A stretch of DNA of 64,000 nucleotides from Lepidodermella squamata (GCA_047495785.1 JBLDXI010000021.1:1178001-1242000), one strand, 5' to 3'; counted from the stretch's first letter, positions 1 to 13,651 are shown. A program made the numbers and translations. The notes: generated by a model not told the origin, from the letters alone.

Positions 1-889
1 GTGAAATTCGCGATATTCTGCAATCGCCAAAATTAGCAAGGAAGTCGTTTATCTCCGTGATGGGAGAGGAGCAATAATGATCGAAATTCAGGTCGGTATT
101 GCCGTTAACAGTTGCGAATGCCGAGTGCCGCTCATCTTCCCAGGGTCGAAAAGTTTTAAATGCACTTTTTCCGGGCGTCTTCAGGTCAATGTTGCCCGTT
201 ACGGCTTGCGGCTCAATTTCGGGTAAATCGCTCGAATTCAGCGGCGAATCAGCGAATAGGCCCGGTGACGGCTGCCTGGCTGCTGCGAGAAAATGTTTCG
301 GGGCTGATGCGAGGTCGAAAGGGTTGATCAGGTTGTCATTCGAAGCTCCAACACCTCGAGGTTTCACGTTTGGCGATGCCGGCGTTAATGGTTCCAGGTG
401 GCCGGACTGCTCGCGTGACTTGAGGGTTTTGAGTTTTGAGGGTTACGATCGCCTTTTTTCACGACTTTTTGCTGCCGAAGCGACTTTTCGTAGGTAATTT
501 TCGGCTTTTCGGCCCACGCTGCTTTTTCTCGGCCTTCTTGTTTGACGGGGCAGCTGGCGTGGGCAGTTCAGGCGATTGCGCCAACCCAAAACTTCTTTTC
601 TCCTCAGCTTCGAGTTCGAGGTTGCTGCATTCCCCTAAATTAAAAAATAATTGAAAAAACGATGCGTATTACAAGTTTCTTCGAATAAATCTATTTTATA
701 AAACGTAACGCGTTTATTCCGATTAATTATTTAAGAAATTAAATCGAATTTTAAGTCAAGTTAATAATTAAGGTGGATAAAAATTACAAGAAAAAATTAT
801 TATGACTAATTTTCGCTTTTTTGCGTTTTTCGCTAATCATAATCACTCGAGTTCGGTAAACTACTCAATAATAATCATTAATCTAACCT

Positions 890-1420
890 TTTGCGAAGTA
901 GTTCTTGAGTTGCCGGACGGGTGGATGGTAGCTCAGTGTTTGCGCGACTCCATGTTGACAGGGTCGACCCGGGCTAGCACCGCATTTCGGCCATTGTTCG
1001 TCAGCCTGACGATTCGATGCGGACCGATGTAGCGCATCGTCCGTACTTCGCCGCCTTCGCGATCAGCTCGTCTCATGTTCGCTAACATGACAAATTGACC
1101 GACCTTGAAACGCGTCCAGTGTTGTGCCGCCGGTTGTAGTCTCGTTGCTGCTTGGCTTATTGGGCCCTCACGATGTTCTTAGCCGCCTTAGCCCGGATTT
1201 TAGTTATCGCCGTAATTTCATTCTTCATTGACGCCATGATATCGTCGACTTCGAATTCGCCCCTAACAGCCTCCTCATCTTCGTCATCGTTCGTGTTGTT
1301 GATGCCGCTCTCGGGATTGCTCATCGATTCAGGAATCCCCTCGGTCGGATTCAAAGACAGCCCCAAAGCGCCCATCTTCAAATCGATGGGGGTGAGCATG
1401 TTGTAGGAGTATAACAAACC
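890..1420 (-). pseudogene. Decayed Ginger/Gypsy-type integrase C-terminal (GPY/F) region
   Basis: Minus-strand translation reads LLYSYNMLTPIDL...IRAKAAKNIVRAQ*AKQQRDYNRRH, then after a frameshift FKVGQFVMLANMRRADREGGEVRTMRYIGPHRIV. This matches the KQK..Y..R...F.VG..V...N.RR..R.GG.....GP(Y/F/H) signature. It has a stop at 1157-1159 and a frameshift, and no catalytic core is visible upstream. Confidence 0.6.
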
Positions 1421-1754
1421 CGGCGGCCTATAAACTGTTATAAACTGCTATCTGGTGCAGTTACCTGGTTTTTTATCACCGTTCACGTGACATTTCGTGT
1501 CCCGCTCATATATAGGTAATTGGCCAATGCGAGTCCTTGATTGATGCTATGCTGTTTTGTTAGATTTCGCAAATTTCAAGTCGCCAGTTCGACTATTTCT
1601 ATTTTCTATTAAAAACACTGAAATACCCTTAAAAATCTGTTTTGTTAACTGTTTTGGAAAAAGCAACTACCAAACCGAAATCCTGGCTACGCCCCTGGTA
1701 ATTCTCATTGAGAACATTTTCTACATGCAATAGAGCATCGCAATAGAGAGTATG

Positions 1755-2050
1755 TTTTTCCTACTTTGCCAGCCAGATGAATTTTTGAAAATATTCTGCA
1801 AATACAGCATTATAGAGGATGAGTTCTTGGGCTGTCGAATGCCGGTTTCTGCAAGTCCGGACGGTTATCCTTGATTCATGGCTAATATCGTTGTCACCTA
1901 GACTGCTGGCCGGAATTAGGGAACTGGGTGCCCTAATTTCGGCCACTTCACCCAGTTACGCTAATACCTTTAGTTTTATGCCGGCAAATTCGTCTTGGCA
2001 CGCTGAATGTGAAAAATTCCTTTGTTGCTTTACGTGTGAGCTTTTTCTTC
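1755..2050. repeat. Dispersed ~300-bp repeat (MITE-like); other copies at ~21060-21190 and ~37095-37416
   Basis: TTTTCCTACTTTGCCAG...GAATGCCG...GGCCGGAATTAGGG...GCCCTAATTTCGGCC recurs at about 37120-37320 and partly at about 21060. It contains the inverted motif pair GGCCGGAATTAGGG / CCCTAATTTCGGCC. Confidence 0.65.
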
Positions 2051-2283
2051 ACGACGTGATGCCTGAAACTCTGGTGTTTATGGTAACAAAGTACTTGAAA
2101 AACGGCATGAGCCAACATTTAGAATTATTTTATTTGCAATCACGTGCAAAAAACATGAAACTAATTTTTGGCTCAACAATGCACATTTTTTTTAGTTTCG
2201 TGCAAAAAACTGCTGCATAGCACTCAGTGTCCTATTTAATAGCTTGTTATTTTGTATTCATTTTAGGTGGTTGAGACAATAAC

Positions 2284-5200
2284 ATGCGGATTTTTCTCGC
2301 AACAGTTTTATCTTTCATTGCAATAATAACGCAGGTATAAACGAAATCTGCCCTTGAATTGATTGGGCTTGATTTGCTCCATTTTTTCTAGGTCGAATGC
2401 GTGACAAAATGCACCGGTCGACTTATCACCGACGTAGCGGCAATTAGAGCCAACATGACAAAATGGAACGAAACTTTCACCGCTGTTATGAATAACTTCA
2501 CCGAAGCAGACTGGAAATGGTCTTCAAATATCTCAATAGAAGCTGAAAATGTCAAGGTGGGTTGTTGAAGAATTCGCCAGTATACGAAAATAATAGCACT
2601 CAACGGGCCGCTACGGTAGCGCTACGGCGACGGCTACCACAGTATGCTACCACAGTGCTTCGTAGCATTTTCGCGTGCTACGGCAAGCTCAAACCATTTT
2701 AAAAACATGATAACCGTAATGGGATTTTCACGAATTTTCGCATACTCCGTCGATAAGAGGTAGGCTACCTGAAAACAAGTCGAAAACTGAAAAACACAGT
2801 TAGGATACAAATTTTAAAAAAATCAGCATGTAGCCAGCTGAATGGCATAGGCTGAATGTATATCGGTTGAACCACGAGTGATAGGTGCGCTCAATACTGA
2901 TTGCAGCGATCTGCTTACAAAGACGTGTCTTATAATATAAAGATGTGGACAATCCGCGATACGTTTGGGAGTCTTCGGAACCCGTGAAATTGGGCTGGAA
3001 CCCAAACTCTAAAATCAGCCTAAAATACTATGTTATGGCGAACTTTGGGAACCCAGGTTGACCAGGCGATTGATGACGGGCGGGTTCCAGCGTATGCATC
3101 TGATAGCTGGGATCCCAGGGAACCCGTTGGCTACCCACGATGGGGAATTTCGTTTGACCGTGCCGGCAGTACGGTGCGAGTGCTATTATTTTCGCCATTC
3201 TTGAATTTAAAACAATTTTATACAGGTGACTGAAAACGCGAAACTGGCACAACTCAGCAAAGAAATATGGCAAACAGCTGCCTGCTATGACTGCAAAACT
3301 GCTGGTTGTGCACCGGATGAAATACGCCGGTTGTCCTATTATGAAAGTATAGGAACGGCCGCTTTGCCCGCTCAGCAGTTTAAAGACGTATATTTCCTCG
3401 AAAATGACTAAATCCCTCAGATATTAATGTCTCTCCCATTTAACAGTATTCCTACATTCAAACTGCGATGGAAAATATCTACGCTACCGCTAAGGTTTGC
3501 CCCTCGAAATCCGGGAAATCAGAATGTCTTCAATTGGATCCTGGTACAACATTTTATACCAAAATTAATCGATTCAAATAGAACATATTTCAGACCTTTC
3601 TAACATAATGAGTGAATCTCGCGATTACTGTACTCTTCAATGGGCTTGGGAGGGCTGGCGTAACGAAACAGGTCGCAAGATGCGCGGCTTCTTCACATCC
3701 TACGTCATTGTTAGCAACGAGGCAGCTAAAATGAATGGTGAGTACCGTAATTTGTTGAATCATGCATTTTTTGGTTAATTTTATTTCATTTAATTGATTT
3801 TATTTTATTTGTTAGGATTTGCTGATGCTAAGGAAATGTGGACAAAGCCTTACACTCGCGATGAGCCGACATTTTTCGAGCAAATGGAGCAGGCTTGGCG
3901 AGATGTGAAACCGCTCTACCAGGAACTTCACGCTTACACCAGGCGAAAATTACTAACGACGATTTACAAAGATTACGCGAAACTCTTCCCGACTAGCCGG
4001 CATATTCCGGCTCACATTTTAAGCGACATGTGGGCTATGGATTGGACAGGGCTTTACGACATTCTTGTGCCTTACTCGGACGCATCACCTATCGACATTT
4101 CAGTCCTTTTGAAGCAAAACGTTCGGAGAAATTTCTACTTCTCTGGATTAAATTTATTGATTTCTCATTTTAGAATTCAGGGGTGATGGATTTGTTTCGC
4201 GAATCGGACCGATTTTTCCAATCGATAGGAATGGAGCCGATGACCACTGATTTTTGGAAAAAATCTATTTTCACGCGACCAACTGATAACACGCAAATGG
4301 TCTGCCACGCTTCGGCCTGGGATTTTTTCCGGAAAACAGATTTCCGCATCAAAATGTGTACCCAAGTCAACCAGGAAGATTTTCAAACGGTTCATCACGA
4401 AATGGGTCACATCCAGTACTTCATGCAATACAAAGACCAGCCTATGGAATTTCGTGATGGCGCTAATTCTGGTTTCCATGAGGCGATCGGTGACCTTATT
4501 GCGCTATCTGTCATGACCCCGAAGCACTTGAAGGCTATCGGCCTTTTGCCGTCAACATTCGTCGAGGATGAGCGTAATTTTCTTGAAATATCTGTAGTTT
4601 TCCTTGATTTTTCTGTTTTTGTAGATACCAATCTAAACGCTTTGATGATGACCGCACTTCAAAAGGTTGCGTTTCTACCGTTCGGATATTTGATGGATAA
4701 ATATCGATGGGCGATTTTCGAGCGGAAAGTCGGTTTCGCCGATTTGAATGCTGAATGGTGGAAGCTGCGGTGTCAAATGCAGGGCATTTCGCCGCCGGTA
4801 ATGCGAACTGAGGAGGATTTCGACGCCGGCGCCAAGTACCACATTCCGGCCTCGGTACCCTACGACCGTTACTTTTTCTCGCACATCCTCCAGTTCCAAG
4901 CTCACCGGGCCATTTGCCAACGGATGAATATTACAAAAGATTTTCACAAGTGCGATATTTTCGGGCAGAAGGAGGCCACCTCGGCGCTGCGCCGTGCCCT
5001 AGCGCTGGGCTCGTCCCGGCCGTACCCGGAAGTGATGGAAATTCTGACCGGAAGCCGGACACTCGACTCAACAGCCTTGGTTGACTATTTCGCGCCACTC
5101 TACCGGTGGCTGAAAGAGCAAAATAAAAACGAAGAAAAAACTTCTTGGGATGAAAGCTGTCCGAGCAGCACACCGACATCGCCCTGCGGTGATTATCAAG

Positions 5201-5304
5201 CCATTAAGCTTCAACAATCGAATAACGCGGTTATAACTGGGCAAAAATGGTCTGAAGTCTTATACTCTCTCGCTTTATTTATCATTATGACCGTAAGGCA
5301 TTAA
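2284..5304 (+). CDS. ACE: Angiotensin-converting enzyme-like peptidyl-dipeptidase (M2), copy 1; multi-exon, single domain
   Basis: Signal-peptide exon MRIFLATVLSFIAIITQ; motifs WAWEGWR, CHASAWDF, HHEMGH (HExxH), GFHEAIGD, FDAGAKYH; hydrophobic C-terminal tail; short GT-AG introns. Confidence 0.93.
2585..3194. mobile_element. MITE-like insertion in ACE copy 1 intron 2
   Basis: 17-bp perfect inverted repeats CGAAAATAATAGCACTC (2585-2601) and GAGTGCTATTATTTTCG (3178-3194). The intron is 669 nt here versus 45 nt in ACE copy 2. No clear TSD. Confidence 0.65.
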
Positions 5305-5909
5305 AATACTATTTTAACGCAATGGTGCTCTCGACTATTGAACGAAAATAAAAACGAAAAAAATTACCCCCTGATTTCTTTGCATTTTTACACGTTTCAG
5401 AAGGTCCTGATTCCAATGGCACCAGGATTCCGAATAGCCCTACGGATGGGGCTATTCGAACAGGTATGGTATCAACCGGTATCGGACAGGTATCAAGCGA
5501 GTTACTATCTACCTTTTTGTTATTATTGTTACGCGCCTATGTGTCGAAAACATGCAGTAAACACACATCCGACTCTTGTATATAATAGGATAGTTCTCAT
5601 CGTACGAAAGAGATCAGAGATAGATATACAGCAATTATTTTCCAGATTTACATCAATTTAAAAAATGGGACAACCGAAGTAGGACATAAAATTGGCCAAA
5701 AAGAACGAATTAAATTATAGATACGGCATTATCATAACATAACATAACATAACATTTTCTTTATTCTACAGCGCTTTTGCGATTAAAAGAACAGTACAAA
5801 ACAACAGTAGAAAAAACAACAAAAAGGCGTGCTGAGAATAAAAATCACTCCGGTGTACACACCCTGCTGGACAGGTCACGGTGGTGACCTGGCAAGCCCG
5901 AAAACCGTA

Positions 5910-6036
5910 CGAAACCCGAGCAATTTCTCCCAAGCCGGCTTGAAACACCAACCTCGAGTTGCATCGCTTGTTTTTGAGCGAAGTAATCCGAAGTCGGCAT
6001 TACAAGTCGGACTTGGGAGAAATTACTCGGGTTTCG
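5910..6036. repeat. Fold-back inverted repeat (~33-bp arms), probable MITE remnant
   Basis: CGAAACCCGAGCAATTTCTCCCAAGCCGGCTTG pairs with CAAGTCGGACTTGGGAGAAATTACTCGGGTTTCG. Nearby DNA repeats (CC)GAAGTAA and TACATCG motifs. Confidence 0.55.
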
Positions 6037-7379
6037 CACCTTACTTCGATTTACATCGAGGAAAACAGCCGAAGTAAACCGATGGTAGCAATCCGAAACA
6101 GCAATATAACAGTCATGCAGTCACAAGCAATGTTACCCTAGTCTACATCGCAAAAGAACTGAAGTAAGCCGAAAAACTGGGAATTTCCACCCACAAGTCC
6201 CCCATCTAGACACCTTACATCGGTCGACATCACCAAAGGCGATGTAAACAAAAGTAAGGTGCCGAGCTATCGAACTAGGGAATAATTCAAGTTTTTCGAC
6301 CAACATTCGCAATGTAGACCGAAGTAAGCATCATCCGTGGCATCAGCGAGATCGAGAGCAGAAATCGCACAAGGGCAAGGCCTTTACACTAATTTACATC
6401 AGTTTTATCGAAGAAGAGTGTCAGGAGCAAAGTTACGAAATTACCGGGAAAATTGGTATTTTCGAGAATTTTTCGCAAGTTTTTAGCAGAGTACCACAAA
6501 TTGCACCAAAACAAGATATCGAGGTAAATCTCAAAAAATAGCATAAATTCTGGCAAAATTGCGAATTTAGGAAAGCACAGCAAAATCACAGGTATCAAAT
6601 AAAGGTTAAAATTGCAAATTTTTTGGGCATGTCCGCCAGCAGGAAATCAGGTCGAATTCGGCCGAGAATGACTGAGCGCCCACCTCCAAATTGAACGCTT
6701 GGAGTCGCGTGTAGTCGCCGAGCCGAGCAGTAGAGCTGAGCCAGTCGCCAAGAGCCAAGGGCCACGAGTCCAGCAATTCTGTAAAATAGCAAAATTCAGC
6801 TATGTCGAATAATAACGATAATAACGATGACCATAGCAACCATCAACTTTAAACTTTAAACTGTAAAAAACAGCAAAAATTAGTTTAATGAATACAAAAT
6901 CGTCAACCTTACAAATTATAGAAAATCCCACATCGCGATGGCGAGTCTAATCGAATGTCGCATTTCCTGAAAAATGACACGAGAATCAAGTATTAAAGCA
7001 AAATCATAATAGGCTGTGCAAATAAAAAGCCGCCTTAAAACCGCGAGAAAATTTTATTTCAAGAGCCAAAATCATTCTATTTTGCATTTTGATATTTTCG
7101 AAATTTTGAAATTGACATCTCTTGACTTCGGCTATTTTCATGAAATAAACAAATGGAAGCCCTCTCCGAGAGGCCGGTCCGGAGTTTCGTCCGAGTGAAG
7201 ACGCTGGTATCGGTTTACAACAGTGAATTTCCAGCTTTACATCAATATCCATCAGCATTTTAGATGAAGTAAATAAAAGTAAGCCGTTTTGCAGCTCATT
7301 GTTCCTGCTCCCATCGCGAAAAACAGCTTCCTTCAGAAGACATCCATTATTTTCGAGCCTTACAACAAAATACATCGCC

Positions 7380-7510
7380 CATGCTGTCATCAATGTCATC
7401 AGTGCCCATATTGCGGGCCGAAAATCCCCTGCGACTGTCACGTTTATTTTAAATTGTTTATTAAATAATTTATATTAAATAATAATATTGTTAATCGGAA
7501 TAATATAAAA
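7380..7510 (+). repeat. Left terminal inverted repeat
   Basis: CATGCTGTCATCAATGTCATCAGTGCCCATATTGCGGGCCG... is the reverse complement of 16453-16583. Confidence 0.95.
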
Positions 7511-7724
7511 ATTATAACGACGTAGTTAATAGCAACGGGCAAGCTGTTTCTTTCGCGGGTTATCACCTCCATCTGTTGCAAGAGCAAGATGGTTCAACTC
7601 TCACGTCTCGTATTGCTGACATTGCATGTGCATTCTTTTACCATCTTTCCACTGTTTTAACCAATGATAGTCGCAATGATACTTTCATTAAGAAGAATCT
7701 CATTTGTTTTAGCCTGTTAATAAC

Positions 7725-10573
7725 ATGTCTACTTGGGGCCATTCTTCGGCAGGCTTGCTGAAGCAGCTATCTACGCCTTCAACCTCAGCTACTGATGGTA
7801 GCAGCACACCTCGCATTGTTTCTGGTTAGGCTTTTTTCAGATTATTTTATAGTGGTATCAACTCAACTTACTGTGTTTCATGCTAGTTCTCAATGGTGCT
7901 TCGCCACAACCAAGATCGCCTATGCTAGCGGGTTCGCCCTTGCTTACTTCTGCTTTCGGTAATCGCTCTGGTATGACTTTTAAACTGAGTGCTTTGCTTC
8001 TTACTAGCATTTCTCACATGTGATTTATTACCAGTTCCTATTAAGAAAGCGATTCCTTCCGTTCATGCCACGCCAAAGGCTAGCTCTAGAAATTGTTAGC
8101 TTCTTATTAATTGCTTTTGATTCCATTGACTTACTTTATAATCTAGTGACCTCTGAAAACCGAGCACCTCCTGCCGTTGCTACCCCAGCGAAGGTGGCGG
8201 TGAAACGGCCACTAGAAGATGACGCTGCGAAAGCAATTCATAGTCTCAGTAAGTATTAGCATTTTTGGAAGTAATGTCTAATTGCAGCTGTTGTTTGATA
8301 GAAACTCAACTCACTGCTGAAAAGCGGAAGTATGAGATTGCTCGGGCGCAAGTGCTACGCCTTAAGAAATTTGCTCCGAATGGGCGGCATGTTGGCCATT
8401 TGACTGCCGAGAAAGCTCAACTTCCTTTGGCTCAGTTGTCTCGGCAGAAGAGGTCTCTGAGGCATCGGAGTGAATTGATTCGACCAATTCAGTCGATCTT
8501 CGATGATGTACAAAGCCGCGGCGATTTCTATCCTGTGAAATCATTGTCTGTCCAGGTTTGACTAAAATTAAATCATTGCCAGATTGAAGAGAATTAATGT
8601 GTCTCATGTGTTCCTTCTAGGTCAATTTCGATGGTGGAATACCAGCGAGGAAGTTATGGTTTGGCGATGCCGATGCTAAAGCTAATACCCTGCGCGAGTA
8701 AGTTGCTGATATTTTTTAAATGCTATTATTATATTCTTTTCCCTGTCAACTTCAGTGTGATGCGCGATTATTCCTCTCGCTACCTCTCGGTTAAAGATGC
8801 CTTGCGCCAATGCAATACCTCCTGGTGCCAGATTACTCAGCGAGAGTTCTTGGCTGAAAAGAAGAAGCTTGGCTCTATCCTGCCGATTAGCGTGGTGGTT
8901 CCGCCAGAAAGGGATGTAACCGATGAGGTCGAAGGTTTTAGCAATGCTGCGTTCATCCTGCCCAGCAAGCAGATGCCTTATCTCTTCCGAAACGGAATTG
9001 TTCCTCGACCTAACACCAACACAGTAGTCTGCCGAGTACAAGGTATTATTCATAATTTCAATAGTTGCCGACTTTTCATTGGCTATATAATCTTTGATGA
9101 GCCCTTTAAGCTTTCTTAAATGTCTCTCATCTTGAATATGTCGGTTTTTCTAGGTGATGGTACCGTCTTTCGAACTGGGAAAGATCCTCATTATCGAATG
9201 AATTTCGCCTTTCATCATCAGAAGACGCGTGTTACTACAAAAACCGAATATCTGGCTGCTGTTTTGATGGGCAAGGAGACTCGTCACAACTTGGAGCTCC
9301 TCTCGCCTGTCTTCGCTGATTTCAACGCCATAAAAGTGAACGGTGTTCTTCTTGATGATGGCACTAAGTTAACCGTTAAATTGTAAGCAAAAATTTTGGC
9401 TTTTATGGCAATATTTATCTGAGAATTTTGCGGACAGGTCTCTATGCGCCGACCTGCCTGCCATCTGCAAAATCGTTGGCACGAGCTATACCGATGCTCT
9501 AGCCTGTCCGTTCTGCACCTTCAATTTCGTTGATGATGCCAAGCCTCTGGATGTCCTCATCACAGAGCTGGACCGGAAACCAAAGCGACCCTTGCCTGAT
9601 TCGCTACTCGATGTCGACAGCGATGACATCTATCTATGCACGCTGCATGCTGCTCTGAGAATCGCGTTTCTTTTTTTACGAGCCGTGAGTAGAAAATGAA
9701 GTCCTTTCAGCTTATTTACCTCACATTTACCTAATTTTTTAGTTATTCCTCTTCATGAAAAAAGAAATCGAAGATTATGAATCGAAAATTGTCTGCCTTT
9801 TGCGATCGTTCGATAAAAAGGCTGAAATCGCGTTCGTGAAAGAGGACATCGCCGTGCACCACATGAATCACCACACTCTTTTCAAGGTGGTTTTCGACTC
9901 GGAGGAGTCTTGGTGTCCTCTTCAACTGTGCCGGGGAGGCTGGGAGGCTAAATATCTTCTTGCTTCGTTCGGCCGCGCCAAGAAGCCTCTCATCAATTTC
10001 TTAGTCTCGAAAAATGTTATATTCGACAAGAAGTCCAGCCCGGCGGACTTGGCTCAGCTCTGCGTCGATGCTGGCATGCTAAATTCGCTGGAACCTAGTT
10101 CCATGCAAACGAAGTTGGTGCAATTTGGCGAGGCAAAAGCTCTCTTCAAGCAGCTTTTCGCTGTCATTCGCTGTGGCGACGGCTCCAAGCCAATCCCCGA
10201 GACACCCGCCGATTTCCATGACTTTGCCAACATTCTTCGACGACTAAGTGGATGCTATACTCCTTACCTCCACATCTTCCAGTTCCATTCGCACGATCGT
10301 CTGGCGAGGCTGAGGCAGGAGGGCACTTATCTGTCGGCTATATCGGGCGATAACGTCGAGCTCTCGAACAAGGTCGGCAAAAACCAGTTGTCGAACCAGG
10401 TATGCCGCGTCAACAACGACGAAAGTCAGCAGCTGATGAGGCTCTACAACATCCAGCTGGCTACTCTGGCGACTCGAGTCGAGGACGACGTAGCCGAAGG
10501 CAGGGCAGCGGTGATCTTCACTGCAGACGATTCTGTGGAACCGTTTGATTTCACCTGCGATGGTGATATGTGA
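7725..10573 (+). CDS. RAG1-core/Transib-like DDE transposase, about 10 exons
   Basis: Hand splicing keeps the frame across about 9 GT-AG introns, including 9043-9153, 9383-9437 and 9685-9742. Motifs: VQG-D-G (D at 9156), LMGKET, LCA-D-L (D at 9451), CPFC, CTLHAALRI, TPYLHIFQFH and SGDNV-E-LSNK. These parallel RAG1 GCDG / GYDE / CTLC / DALH / YFHKTLAH / SEGNESGNK. The 5'-most exons and the start codon are less certain. Confidence 0.85.
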
Positions 10574-11631
10574 TATATTTGTTTCTGTCATTGTTATATA
10601 TTTAATATAGCCGTCTTAATATTTCATCTTTTTCCTGATTATTTTCTTTCATCTGCGATGGCGCTGTAATTGTTATTATGATTCGCCAATTATATTGATA
10701 TCAAATCTTGGGATATTATACGTGTGTTTCCACGACTGTATGATAATTATTTGTGGTCTTAACTAGTCCCACTAAACGATGCTAATCGATGCTGGGCAAT
10801 AAATTTATGTAAAGCCGCCTTAATGATTTGCTCTCTCTGAGGATACGTCTTGCAAATCACGTTAATTGTGCTTTCATATAATATTTATACTGTATATTAC
10901 TTCGCCGCTTTTCAAGAAAGATGGTCAATCATTCTGTCCCTAAATAAGTTAGCAATATTACTTTGATTTCTTTGATTTTATTTATGACATTCTCAGCCGC
11001 CAGCCGCCTTAATGATTTGGGGTCTAACCCGTCCTACCTATATGTCGATAATTTATGGCCGTATATAGGCACCTTGATATTTTTTAATAATTCCTATGCC
11101 CTTCTATGAGCTCGTCTTTGATAACCAATTCTTGTGCTCGAGCAGAAAATTGCGCGTTTTATTATGTTATAACCACCATATTCTCGCATCGACTGGTTTC
11201 ATTGATAAATGCTTTCCGATTTCCTACGAATTAGCATTTTAGCTCGGCTATCGTAAAGCAACCTCGTTTTTTGTGAAATTATTCGACACGTTAAAATTGA
11301 TATTAATAATTTTATGAGCTCTATATCATTGAATCCTCCGATCAAAACTCAGCTCTTTCTCAGCCTTTCTGTTAATATAATTCCTGCCTAGAATCCAATT
11401 GCTGCTTTTGTTTGATGTTTCGAGGTCAAAATCATCAGGCACCGCTATTAACTACTTCCCAATTTATTCCAAAAAGGGAACAAATAAAAGCAGGCCAATC
11501 ATGCGTTTTTATTTCGTATTTTACGAATATTAATCCGAAAGTACAATATTGCGATGAAGCAACGATTGCGATGAAGAGCATTATTAAACATGAAGCATCG
11601 AGAAAATCAGAAAATCAGAAAATCAAAAGTA

Positions 11632-12024
11632 TCACTTCTTAAAAAGTCGCTTAGGTTTCGGCGCTGGTTGTATTTTGCCCATGTTCGAGCAAAACAGACG
11701 AAACAAAATACGGCGTTCCTGCTTGGCAGCACCGCTGTTGCGATTGTGATCGGGGTCAAGGCGGTATCGATTGCTCATAAGCACGCGAGGCTCGAGATCG
11801 TAATAGGCCGCCACCTCCTCGTCGGTTGTAGGTGTTTTCGGGTGGATGCGATGATCGGGATGCTGAAATATAAAATAACAGAGCCAATTAAAAAATTTAG
11901 AGTGAATTTAGAGTGAAATTACCTCTTCAACCTTTTTGCATGGCGACTTTTGGCGATCAGCTACAACGCGGGGCTGTCGCCGTTGCTTGGGGGTACTGGG
12001 AGGCGCCTTCAGTTTTCGCTCCAT
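11632..12024 (-). CDS. Transposon cargo: small basic ~110-aa protein, 2 exons (12024-11923, 11862-11632)
   Basis: In-frame phase-0 GT-AG intron gives MERKLKAPPSTPKQRR...KSPCKKVEE|HPDHRIHPKTPTT...IQPAPKPKRLFKK*. Confidence 0.55.
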
Positions 12025-12129
12025 TATGTCAACTTTACGACGGGGACGCTTATTAGACACCGAAGACATAACGTCGATATAGATATGTAAATAAAATGAG
12101 GAGATTCTAAAATAAATAAAAAACAGATT

Positions 12130-12720
12130 TCAGACTCGAACTGAATTGAGACGAATAATAGCCTTGCAAATGGCCTGAGGCGAGTTTTCAATTATGAGTT
12201 TTTTCATAGAGAAAGATACATTATTAACAAGGCTGGTTCTAGTGTTTCTTTTCAGAGCGAAAAGCGAGACGACAATATCGAAACGACGGAATATCTCTGC
12301 AAGATGTTCGGCCGAAATGCGAATGTAGCGCTTTTTCTCGCTACAAAATTCACAAATTTTAATCGTAATCGCGCATTAGTCACCGTTTACCCACCTTTTA
12401 AAAATTTCCTGCTGAGCCAACTTACCTGCGGGAAAAACGCAATGACGGGCTACGACCTTGAGCTGATTCAGCATTGGCTTAGCTGCATCGCGGTTGAGCT
12501 GGGTTTCGAGTGCTAAAACCACTTGATTGGCCAGGAATAGCATCTCTTTTCGGCGATCAAAAACAGCGAAAGGATCGAACAGCTGGAGTTCAAGGACGCG
12601 AACGAGCCGCACTTGTTGCTGTTTCTTTAAGTAATCGTCGACGCGCCGAAATTCAGTCACGGCAGAGCCATAAATCACAGGCTTCTTCAAAGTTGCGCGC
12701 TCCCGCAAACAATAGGCCAT
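12130..12720 (-). CDS. Transposon cargo: unknown ~180-aa protein, probably 2 exons
   Basis: The ORF MAYCLRERATLKK... can splice through a ~53-nt intron into EKKRYIRISAEHLAEIFRRF...RLNSVRV*. The donor choice is ambiguous. Confidence 0.45.
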
Positions 12721-13651
12721 AATTAAGGTGGATAATCAACAACAACTAAGGATGAAAAAGATACTTATAAAAATATTTATTAAGGCGTCTAATTAACGCA
12801 ATAGATAAATCGGAACAGGAGTCGAAGCGAGCGCAACAACGAATTTATAAAAAAATTGGGCGCGCAACTTAGGTAATTTGGTTGATAAAATGAGCGCATT
12901 TAGCGAGCGGATAGGAAATATCAAGCGTTTTGGCGCATGGGCCTACAAATACGCGCAAGCGCAATTCAATTAAACGAGATCTGAGGCGCGGAAAGCGAGA
13001 GAATTAATAATACTGCTTGGACCGCGCACGTATAGCAGTAACTCTTCGCGAAGCGATGTATTAATCTACAATCGAAAAACGAGGGCAATGATTTCGACAA
13101 TGAGTCGAAGCTGATTGGCGTATAATTTTAATATATTATTGCTACTACAAAACAGCCGGCGCCTAACAGGTGTAAATGGCGGCGATGATTCCGCTGCTAT
13201 GATAGCGGTGATTATAGATCAAACACCTAGTCAACCTTTTGATTCGGCTAAATAACACCGCTGTTTGATAAGTAAACAGGCGCGTTACAATCCATCCCTA
13301 GCGCGCACGCAAACACAAGTAGATGCACGCACGAACACGAACAGGTGCGCTCGGGCCTCGAAACCAAAATTCGACCACGGAAAACCACGGAAAGGTGTGA
13401 AAAAAGTAAGAACAATGCAGCTGGTTGACGCTGACAATAAGGCGTGAATTGAAATGAATAGAAGATGTGTGTGGCTATACAATAGCTATTCTACAGATCG
13501 CGCACAACAGCACTCGCTCACGCCGTAGCTGTTCCAGGTGTCAATCGATGATAAAATCATGTGTTGCTATTCTCGTCCCGAAATTGAATTGAAAAAAACG
13601 AAGTACACGTGAAAATAGGAAAATTATTCTTTCAATCGCAATTTTGAAAAA

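Noticed and set aside
7380-7420. Possible RSS heptamer/nonamer in the TIR
   Set aside because: The terminus is CATGCTG, not CAC, and I see no nonamer at 12/23 spacing.
7004-7441. ORFs 7004-7441 (-) and 16522-16911 (+) share the N-terminus MTVAGDFRPAIWALMTLMTA
   Set aside because: The shared peptide is the TIR read outward from each end, not a pair of genes.
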